In this document: piece after piece, positions 28,301-40,300 of the stretch | Layout: each line of letters starts with the position of its first letter | Numbering within the stretch: the stretch's first letter is position 1 | Source of the DNA: Mytilus trossulus | Lineage: Eukaryota | NCBI RefSeq assembly: GCF_036588685.1 | Contig: NC_086386.1 | Location: forward strand, 9,672,001 to 9,736,000 | Direction of reading: 5' to 3' | DNA length: 64,000 nt | Notes under the pieces: model-generated | What the model was told of the DNA's origin: nothing | Seen by the model: only the letters and a program-made list of their open reading frames with translations | Database searches by the model: none | Translations under genes and position numbers: made by a program

Positions 28301-31300
28301 TATAGTTTGGGAATTTACACTTTTACTTATACACATGTAATTATAGTTTGGGAATTTACACTTTTACTTAATATACACATTTAATTATAGTTTGGGAATT
28401 ATAACTTTAACTGCACATGTTATTGTAGTTTGAGAACCCCCAGAGTTATGATGAGATGGTAGAGATACTAATGATTGGTCTGAGAAAGTTATGTGAAGTT
28501 AAACAGAAGGAACATACACATTTATCTGATGCTAATAAGTCATCTGTTAAAGCTGAGGTAACTGATCCGTACAAGCCATCTATAAGGACATCGGTAATTT
28601 AAAAAGAACAATAAAATCTGAAGCTAACACGTTTTTGTGAGAAAAGGGTAATTTTTAACAGAGAGAACTTACACATGAATCTGAAGACTGAAGCTAACAA
28701 GTGTTTTATGATTTGAAGCTAACATGTTGTCTTGGAGAAAAACTGATAACAGAATGAACTTACACAAAAATTTGAAGTTTACTACATGTTTTTTGTGAGA
28801 ACACTCATTATTTTTACGTTAACAACTTTGCTACACAACAATTTGACGCCAAAACAATTTTTTGTGAAAACACTCACGATTTTAACCGAAAATATTTTGA
28901 AGAAAGTGATTTATTTTTAACTGAAAATATTTTGAAGAAAGTATTATAATTTTGACAGAAAATATTTTTGAAGAAAGTAATAAAATTTTAACAGAAAATG
29001 CTTTAAAGCAAGTTATATGATTTTAACAGAAAATATAAATGATTAAAGGAAAGATCATACTAACTCTATATCTTGAACGACCTTTTTAGATAACCTTAGA
29101 AATTGGAGGACCTTCCCAACCAAAGAATCATTGAAATGTTCAGAAAAATAAGGCATTACTTATGATTATGAATGAATTCCAATGTTAATGCAGTTTACTT
29201 GATATTTTACAGTTTAACATTATTGAGAGTAAAGGGAAAGCAGCATTGTCATTTGACTCAATCAAGAACAAATGTAAGAAGAGTTTAACCACATCCTTTG
29301 AATCACTGATATTAAGGGTAAGATTCATTATAAATTCACATTAATGTTGTCTAACATTTTGACATTACCTGTTCTCCGACTTATCTTCAGTTGTCGACTG
29401 GTATTAAAGTTGGTGTTCAAAGACAATGTCGGCAATATTTTACAAATGCCCGGTTACATGATACATTATTGTTTTTCAAGACAACTTTCCGAGACCATTC
29501 TATGTTCTTCGTGTCCACATGTTTTTGGTACAATGTATTACTGTATACCTATGATGATTCATTTTATAGTTCAGTATTGTTTATTTATGATTTTAATAAA
29601 CATTTATATCAAATTTATAAAACTGGTTAACTGTTGAAACTACAACATTGAGATTGAATACTTCATTTGATTTACTAGTTAGATTTTAGATGTGTGCTCA
29701 TATATAATAAAAATTAAAAAAAACCTGACATGAAAATGGGAATGAAAAGTGCAACTTTACATAATGAATGCCACTCTGGAATATTTAAAGATTTGCCACT
29801 ATTTTGCCCATCGACCTGCTTAAAAATGAATATTGTTTGATTATATATTTATATACTAAAGAATGAAAACTTGAAAAAAAGGTTTCTATTAATAGGGTAA
29901 GAAGAAGGAAGAAGGGGAGAGAACTAGACACAGAAGTGGTACAGCAGTCAGTGAATATAGCTGGGCAAGATCGTTTGTAAGTATCAGAAAAATGGTATAC
30001 ACAAAAACTTAAATCAGAAACAGTACAATCAAGGCTCAAGCTTAAAGAAAATTTAGATCACAGGAAGCAAAATTCCTTATTTTTGTAATGTGTATGTGAA
30101 CCAACTTAAAATAGAATTTGCTATTGTTATCCATTCTATTTAAAAAGAGTCCTTGTTGGTTTTTGTTCTAAAGAAGATAAGGTAGTCCTAATGCAAATGT
30201 ATGTTAAAACATTCTACCATACTAAAAAAGGTACATATTACAAGTTTCATACTGCTGTAAGATATTGCTTTATTATTCACTTTTTTTATGCCCCACCTAC
30301 TATAAGTTATATGGTTCGCTACTGACCCCATACGGATCCATCGAGGGTAAGTAAAATCCATAGGGGGTGAGGCCAGAGGCCGAGTCCCCTATGAATTTTA
30401 TTCACCCTCTATGGATCCGTAGGGGGTCAGTAGTTAACCGTATAACGAATTTATTGGACGCTGGACTTTTTCTGCAGCGTTTTGTTGAAAAATAAACAAT
30501 GAAAAACAACAACATTAATAGATTACGTCGCCATTAACACGTCATGAACCCCATATGAAACTTACTAACCCCATACGGTCTCATAGGGGGTCACCACGTG
30601 ACGGAGTTTAACCAATCACAAAGTGATAATTTATCTGTGGTCCGATAAGATGGTAGAGGGGCATTATGTTTTCTGGTGCATACATCTGTTCGTTCGTCTG
30701 TGCATCCATGGCATCTGTCACGCTTCATGTTAAAGTTTTTGGTCAAGGTAGTTTTTGATGAAACATATTACACTTGTTGCTTATGATATGATCTTTCTAA
30801 TTTTAAAGCCAAATTAGAGTTTTGACCAAATTTCAGGGTTCATTGAACATGGAAAATGATAATGCCAGTGGTGCATGGGTGTACTTTGGACACATTCTTG
30901 TTTATACCATGAAATAAAACAGCTACATTAGACCTGTAAAAATAAGGTTATACCCTTTCCTTATAAAAGCTATCTTCCATATAGATAAATAATGTATTTG
31001 TCACATATAAAGCTTGAATCTATTGTCAGCCCCGATCAGCAGTTTTCCAAAATATCACATTATCAGCTTGAATTATAGTGAATCAACCACTGATTTCTGT
31101 CGAACAAAAACCTGTTTGAACTTGGTTGATTTCAAGCAAAAATTAAATCAATTTTTTTTAATTCCCTAAGCATTTACTATAAATATGCTCTTTTAGTTAT
31201 GTAAAGCATCATACATGGTTTTTATGCCCCACCTAGGAGCATTATGTCTGGTCTGTGCTTCCATTTGTCCCTTAACCCAACCCTTGGTTTGTTTGTCTGT

Positions 31301-34300
31301 CCATCTGTCCTGCTTCAGGTTTAAGTTTTGGAGCAAGATATTTTTGAAGAAGTTTGAAGTCCAATCAGATTGAATCTTAATACATATGTTCCCTATTATA
31401 TGATCAAATTAGAGTTTTTACTTCAATTTGAGGTTCCACTGAACATAGAAAATGATAGTGTGAGTGGGACATCCATGTACTATGGACACATTCTTGTTTA
31501 TTTATATGTATTAATTGTTTTATACAGGATTCTTCAGCTGCCTCCACTCCAGACTGTTCACCAATGCCCTCCCCTGCAACGATGAGCTCCCAACAGTTCC
31601 ACTACCCTAGTCCACCAGGCTCTCCTACAGAGGGGCGACCTCGTAGCCAGACAGTAGGAACATTGGCAGATACAGGTTTATTGTCTAAGAAATTCCAGGA
31701 CATAACCAACCTAGGAAAACCAAAAGAGAAAGAATTGGAACTACAGGACCCACCAAAGAGAAGAAATAGTGTGAACAGTCCTATGAAACAAATGTAACTA
31801 TGTTATTGTAAAGGAGTTAAATGAAAAATTGATATCCTTGTTATTTAAAAAAAAAAAAAAAAATTTTAACAATTCTAAGATGATTTTCAAGCTGAACTGA
31901 ATCCTGATTTAACTTATGATAAATTCAGGCTATAGACAACATTTGAAGTGGACTCGTTTAATTTCGTGGGTACCAATTTTTGTGGATGAAAGAAAAATTT
32001 CATGTACTTGGACATTAATTTCGTGGTTTTGACGAAGTCTTCATACAAGCCTTTAGAACATTTGTCATTTGTTAAACATTAATTTCCTTGTTCACCCATA
32101 TCCATGAAATCTACGAAAATTGGTATCCAACGAATAATATTGAATCCACAGTATGATAAATGCAGGCTATAGACAACATTTCAAGTTGTGCAATTTCCAA
32201 TCAATTTTAAATATCACAATCAATGACATTATTCTTGCTGATTGACTTAGGATCAATAGGCATAACCCATACAAAAAATTGAATTTCGAAAGTTGTCTAT
32301 AAAATCTCTTGTGTACAGGAGTAATATATTGTTTAATAAAAAATCAACATTCATCTGTTTTAAATGACATATTAAAAAACAACTTTGACACAAATGCATA
32401 CCCGTAACCAGGGAGGGTTCTGGGGTTCGGACAAACCCCCTGGAAAACAAATAAGCACTGTTAAAGTCAATGTTCTGTTCTAATTGTGACTGTTAAAGTC
32501 AAGTTTGTGAGTCCAACAAACACCCCCTTGGAAATTCCGGCCTACGGGCCTGCAAATGTAATTAAATGTTAACTAATTATGTTTTTGTAGGTTTCTGCTT
32601 GTTGGTAATAATTTCAGTAAAAAGCCTACCCCCATACCAGATGATATCTTAGATGAGTCAGATGTTAACTACTCACCCAACAGACGAGGATCCTTTAGAA
32701 AGACTATATTTAACAGTGTTGTCACCCCTTCAAGAACTCCACGTTCTGTCAAAGGTAGCAAAGAATAAGTTTTTCTCCTTCTTGATATACATACAAGTAT
32801 TTCCATGGCTCAAGACATTTTCCATCTCATTAATTTATTAAAGATATTTTTATAAAATCAACAATCTACTGTAGGTATTGCAGATATGAAGGAGAAGGTT
32901 CACAAAGGGTTAAAATAGTTGTAATTGTTTTTGGTAAAAATTAACCTTGGCCTCCATCCATGATCCAAAAAGTTTTTATATTAGTGAATTTCTTATAGCT
33001 GTTAGGTCTGAAAATTCCACAAAATCATCATTTTTATACAAAATTTTCAAAATGGTCTGACTTTGGAGAATAATATGAACTGTTATGAAAAGAACTGATT
33101 TAATTTTTAACTTTAAGGCTTTTGAAATAGACTCGTTTAGGAGCCAAATTGTGACTTTTTGGTGTTTTATGATATTTTAGGCCATTTTGTTCCATAAGTG
33201 AACTTTGTCCATTCTTTATCTTATAGTGGTAGATGTTTCCATTAAAAGATTAATATATATTCATTGTGTAACACTTCATTTTAGATAAACTACTGTATAT
33301 GAGCTGAAACAAATGGTTTCTGTGACAAAAGAAAAATTCAAGATTTTGTTCTTTTTATTTTTTGACAAGTTTCAATTTATTTATTACTCTGTGCTAAAAG
33401 ACTACCTGTGTTCTTTGTAGAAAGTCCAAAGGAAGAAGAACCCAATGTAAAGAAAACACCAGAAGAAATACGAGCTTTATGGAAGAAAACAATTCTTCAA
33501 ACTATGCTCCTTATTAGGATGGAGAAAGAAAAACAAGATCTTAAAGGTAAACAAAACTCTTCATTTAGAGGGCAGCTGAAAGTCCTGGTAATGTATATAA
33601 GTAGACCAATTTCTGATTAAGGAGGTTTCATCGTTACATTGTGTCCAAGTCTGATTCATATTACACAAGGTTAAAGCCTCTGTTTCTGATGGATTACTTG
33701 TGTTTCTTCTATATACAGTCCCTTAGTGAAACTTTAATGGGTACCTTGTCATTAGAAAATTAAATAGACTTTCTCGTGAATAATCATGTCAACCTTTTTA
33801 CACCAAGACAAAAGGTGGTAATGACATAATTTATCCTCTATCTGTCCTTCAATTAGCCCATCAATCTTGCTTTCAGATAAAATGTTCCCACATTTTTGTA
33901 ATGATTGCTGATACTATCTGAATAATATAAATTTTAACACAATACAATTTGAAATAGGTTCCTTTTATACTTTTGATTAGAAGTACAGTCTTGATTTGTG
34001 AGATTGTAAAAACAGTACATTTCTAGGATATATAGCCCACAAATATTACTCCATCTTTTATTTGTATTTTCTCATGATGATTGACACATTTTCATTTTAT
34101 TCTTGTTTTGATTTAATTATGGCTCTTGGTTATGATTAACCAGCTTCAGACTGCAACAATGTTGATATATTAGAACAAACTTTTTCCCAGAAATTGATGT
34201 CAATTTGTCAATGGCCTATCTTCTGAGTTTTTATTCACTTTATTTTCTCTCTAGATAATCCGGCTGGTATGACATTATGAGATATTTACTCAGTTTGCCA

Positions 34301-37300
34301 ATTTTATTTTGTTTGATTTAAATGGGTGGTATTATTTTTGGTTTCTTGAATGATTATACCGCCGCTTTCAAAAAAGGGGGGTATACTGGTTTACCTCTGT
34401 CTGTCAGTCCGTCCGTCCGTCAGTCAGTCCGTCCGTCCCATGAAATTTTCGTCACATTTTTCTCAGGAACTACACATCCACCCTTTCTGTAATTTGGTAT
34501 CAACATTTATATATGTCAGCCATACTGTGTGATGCGTTTTCAGATTCATCATTCATCGACTTCCTGTTTACCGAACACTTGTATGATTTTACACATGCTA
34601 GCCAAGTTCAAAATTTTCGTCACATTTTTCTCAGGAACTACATTACAAGGATTTCTGAAATTTGGTTTCAGGATTTATACAAGTCAGCTATACCGTGTAA
34701 TGCGTTTTCAGATTCATCACTCGACAACTTCCTGTTTACTGAACACTTGCATATTTTTACACTATTAATATTATCCACTTGCGGCGTGGGGTATCATCAG
34801 TGAGCAGTAGCTTGCAGTTTCACTTGTTTCATTTGTTTTGCATTTGCAGCTTTTAGAAATCCTTACAATTGAACATATATAAATATACACACCTAATGCA
34901 ATATAAACAATAATTTGACAGATTATTTTAACTGTATTATATGAACCAGTTTATGGCCTACAGTTTGCTGATATTTAGTTGCCTGTGTTTTTCTGAATTA
35001 TTATTTCGGGTGGTTTTGTTCTTTGTTTTTTGTCATGATCCCACACCTTCCAAATTATACCATTGATGAGGAACCTTTGTTTATATAATGTGAATAAATA
35101 TGTCTTGGGTTTTGAGAATTTTTTTTATTATTATAATAAAATAAAATGTTTAATGTTTTTACTTCTTAAAGAATTTGTTGACGATTGAAATTTAAAAATT
35201 GAAACCTTTGAGTTCAGGATTAAAAGTAATTTTACATAATCTTTTATGAAAAGACAGTTTGAAATGTTCAGGTTAAGACATTATTTTGATTTTCTATTAA
35301 TAGTTAAGGGCAGAGTAATTCAAGTCATTTCTGTATCATTACACATTTGTTGGGTTACTTTCTTGAAATTTTTGACATGGTAAATGAATGATGCAATATT
35401 TACTGTTTATTCCAATGTATCCCAGGATTCTTTATTCTCCATGGCATCAGATCAATGGTAGTTTTCCCAGGTAGGTACAACATAGTGTGAACTTCTCCAG
35501 TAGCTTACAACATTTATTCTTTTAACTACACATAGAAATATTTTCTAAGTGTATGATTTATGCACACTTGCACATAATTTTTTGGCCAAAAAAAAGTTAA
35601 TTTCAATATTATTTATTTCAGTTGAACTATATTTAGATGACGTTTTTCATGGTTTGTTTAAAAAAAATCACACCTTGGTTTAGCATTCCTTGCAAATATG
35701 AGACAAAGATAAATTACACTTCATCACACGATTCCCTTTCACATTGTCCATTTCACTGTGTTGAAAAAATAACTAAAAAAGCTTTTTTTCCTGTCTCAAG
35801 TATAACAACCATGCAGCTATATCATGTATATGTGTAAACTAGAATTAAAAACAAATGTGTTTTGTGTTTTAAAATAGATATAACCCCTCACATTCAAACC
35901 AATAGCACTTTTTATTGCTTACTTTAATTTCACAAACAAAAAATTAGGTTTAAAATTTGTTATATGTTTTATATCATAGGTTTATGTGTAAAAATATCAA
36001 GACTAAACATTTTGAATAATATTATCATTATAGAGAAGACAAAAAAACTGTATTTACATAAATTTGATTTGAGGACATTAGAAAGGGACTTAGACTTTAA
36101 AGGAATCATAGTATTTTCTGTCATTATACGACCTGTAAAAGGCTGGAAAGTGATATAAGATTAATACATTTATCATTATGCAGTGTGCAAGTTGTAATTA
36201 GGGTCTGTAAAGGGATAAACAATATGGTCACTGAGAACTAAACCGTTTATAATGGAATTATTACTTTTGTAGTGAATTGAAAAAGTTTTATTTTTATGCT
36301 TTCAAAAGCTCGACAGCACGAGGAATTCCAACAGAAACCTGACTTAGATTATGAGGAGATAACTCCGTGTCTTAAGGAAGTTACCTTACAATGGGAAGAA
36401 ATGTTAACAGAAGAAGATCGGGATACAAGATTTAGTCCTCAGGTTGTCCTAGACTGTGTTAAAAAAGGTAAGACTGCATTGCTATCTACTATCAATAGAA
36501 AATTGTAAATCAAGACTGAATGCACTGCAATCTACTAGATATAAATTGTGATATTCATTAGTTGCCGACTATAACTCTTACATTTTAATTTATTGTAACG
36601 TAGTGCTCCATGCCTCCTCACAAAATCACATTCAAGGGGCAGTTAACTGCAAAAATGGGGAGAAAAATCTTTTAAGTTAATGTAACCACAACTTTTAGTA
36701 AGCTACCTTAAACTAAAACTTGAACCTTATACAGGACACACAAACACAAACTAATAGACACACCCAAAAAAATTTCAATATCCCTCTGCTTGCTGTATTT
36801 TAGATTTTGCTTTAAAAAAGCCGAAGTGGAACTATTGATCTAATACGCTCGAAAAATTTAGAAAAAATATGGCAGATCATAAAATTTCTATGGAAAGCAA
36901 ACTACGAAGAAAAAAGAATTCTTGTTGCTTTTAATGAAATGTTGAAATATTAAATTTGCTGCTATCACATGCCAATAGGTAGTTTTTTTGACATTTATGC
37001 ATGTGACCAAAGCAAGTCTTTAACCCTTTATATATTTTGTACATGTAAATATTGCTCAGCACTTATTGATCAGTACTATGCAATTTTTTTAATCAAAAGT
37101 AGAAGCCAATTTCATTAGGATTTCTATTGTAGGTGTACCTAAACTATTACGTGGAGAGATATGGTATCTAATGGTTGATCAACACAAGTTACATTATCCT
37201 TCCAAGAATGACATGTCTCCGTCCAGAGAATATCAAGATCTGTTAAAAGATCTGACTGAATACCAACATAATATACTCATAGATTTAGGTATGTAATTTA

Positions 37301-40300
37301 TATAACTTACTGGATGAAGATTGCAAAAGAAGCATAGATTTATTCACATTATCTGTTTCTAATATATTTTAAGATTAAACCAAACACCAAACGACTCAGT
37401 ATACTCATAATCGTTCATCTATAACATGCCTCATACAAAGGAATAAGAATACCAAAATATCACATTATTGATACTTATATGTTATAGTATCTCACAATGC
37501 AAGCAATGTCCAGATATGTTGAAAGTTTTAACACAATGTGAAAATGATACTTCATATTTGCATAGAAGGTTAACATACTTTGTAACTTATTTTAACAGTA
37601 AAATACACTATTTTAAAAGTTTAAAAGAACGACTAATGTAAAAGAATGTCATTATCCTCTTTCCAAAAATAAATATACTGATTAAAAATAAAGTCATGTG
37701 TCAGAGAATACTGAAAATTAATGACTATCAATTTTGTTTTAGGAAGAACATTTCCAGAACATAAGTATTTCTCCACACAATTAGGTCCTGGTCAGTTGGC
37801 CCTATACAACCTACTAAAGGCCTACAGTCTCCTAGATAGACAAGTGGGCTACTGTCAGGGACTTAGTTTTATAGCAGGGATACTCCTCATGCATGTAAGA
37901 TCTCAAGTGTTATACCCAACATACACATAGATCTGTTTACACACTTATAATGCTTAATGTTAGCTAGAAAATCAGGTTAGTTTCCCGGAACTCAGTTTTA
38001 TAGCGGAAATCTCATGCATGTGAGATCTCAAGTCTTATCATGCATATCAATTTATATCAATCCCAGATTTTACTTTCAATTGTTCATATTTTTAAACTGG
38101 TATTCTAGCTTAGCTACAGTAACATGTACTATATTTTATACACAGTAATATAAGTACAAGAATCGTGCAAGTAAAAAAAGAAAAACACTTATTAGCTCAT
38201 CATCAGAATACCATAAGAAAAGATAAAGATATGACATAATTTATGGAGTACAAAACAGTCAACACAAAAACACTGCTTTTAAAAATGATAACCATTGGGA
38301 AGTATGTCGTGCACTTAATCTAACATGGGAATTTTCAAAAGTATTGGATCTCAGTTTTGTAGCAGGATTGTAAGATAATTATTATAACTGGAAACAGACT
38401 GTGTGGATATGTATACATGAAACAAAAATCCATGGCCAATAACTAGAAAATAAAACAATGTATATTAACATATTTATAGTAAATAAAGGCAACAGTAGTA
38501 TACCGATGTTCAAAACTCATAATCCATGGACAAAAAACAAAATCCGGGTAAGAAACCAAAAATGAGGGAAACAAATTAATTATAAGAGGAGAACAACGAC
38601 ACAACATTAAAATGTAACACACACAGAAACGGACTAAGCATTAGACAAAATCCGATAAGAATAACAAATATAACAAATAGTAAAACTCATTGTAGGCTGA
38701 TTATTTTCCATAGGCATACAAGTGATATAGGTTTACATTAAATCTTTGTCATAATAGTGTTTTTTTCTCTCTCAGATGGAAGAGCCTGCAGCATTTGAAA
38801 CTTTACGTCACATGATGTTTAACTTGGGTCTGAGAAAACAATTCCATCCAAGTATGATGCCTCTACAAGTATGTATAACATGTTTACAAATCTTATTATT
38901 ATACTTTATCTATGCCTGATGATATAATTGTAATTATTACAAAAACATAGGACAGGTATGCTGATATTAAAGTATTATTTTATGTAATAAATTAAGCCTT
39001 TCAGATTGATGTAAAGTCACAAATTGCCAGTGTAAGATAACATTGCAATTTATAAGATCTACTTTGTTCAAATTGTTTTACAAAAAAAAAAAAAAGTTAT
39101 TTTCACCTGTTATGTTCTCTGCTCATATTCAATAATAAATATTTGTGTGCTACTACTTGAGGCTTTACATTTTCTGGTCTGATCTTCTGTTCTTTCTTCC
39201 ATCTCACTTGCTTCCGGTTAAAGCTTTGGTCAATGTTGTTTTTAGTCAGATCAACTTGAAACTTAGTAAACATATTCCCTATCATAAACATAAAAAATGA
39301 TGGTGCAAGTCGGGCATCCATGCACTATGGACACATTCTTGTTTTTTATGCCCCATTTCTGGGCATTATGTTTTCTGTTCTGTTCCTTTGTCCATCTCTC
39401 TCACTTTGGGTTAAAGTTTTTGGTCAAGGTAGTTTTTGATGAAGTTGAAGTTCAATCAACTTGAAACTTAGTATGCATGTTCCCTATGGTATGATCTTGT
39501 CTAGTTTTAATGCCAAATTAGTTTTGAACCCGTTTTTACAGTCCACTGAACATAGAAAATGATAGAAAGTAGGGCATCCATGTACTATGGATACATTCTT
39601 GTTTTAAGTTTATTTCAATCAGGTTAACCTGTCTAAAACTCCCACTTACCATCACCTTAAAAAATAAAAGCATTCTGGCTAATTAAAAAGGATGGAAGCC
39701 ATCTTTATGCTATAACAATAGACTTTGACCAATTTTCTCAAACCTTCCACTGAAAATAGTTTAATTATTCATGTACCATTACATTTTAGATACAACTGTA
39801 TCAGTTGACAAGACTTATCCATGACAACTACAGAGATTTACATGACCATTTTGAGGAGCATGAGATAGCGCCAAACTTATATGCCACTCCATGGTTTCTA
39901 ACGCTGTTCGCTTCACAGTATCCTCTGGGATTTGTTGCCAGAGTTTTTGGTAAGTTGATTCTTGTTTCTGTATTGATATGAGTAAAAGTGATCAGATTTC
40001 AATAATTTTGAATGAATTCTTGCTTTTTATGCCTCATTTATGGGCATCACAATTTCTGATCTGTGCATCTGTTCGTCTGTCCCGCTTCAGGTTAAAGTTT
40101 TTGATTGAGGTAGTTCTTGATGAAGTTGAAGTCAAATCAACTTGAAACTTGGTAAACATCTTCCCTATAGCTATGATATGATCTTTCTAATTTTAATGCC
40201 AAATTAGAGTTTTCACCCCATTTTCATGGTCCACTGAAGATAGTTTTTGATAATGTGGATGGGGCATACGTGTTGTACTAGGGACACATTCTTGTTTTTT

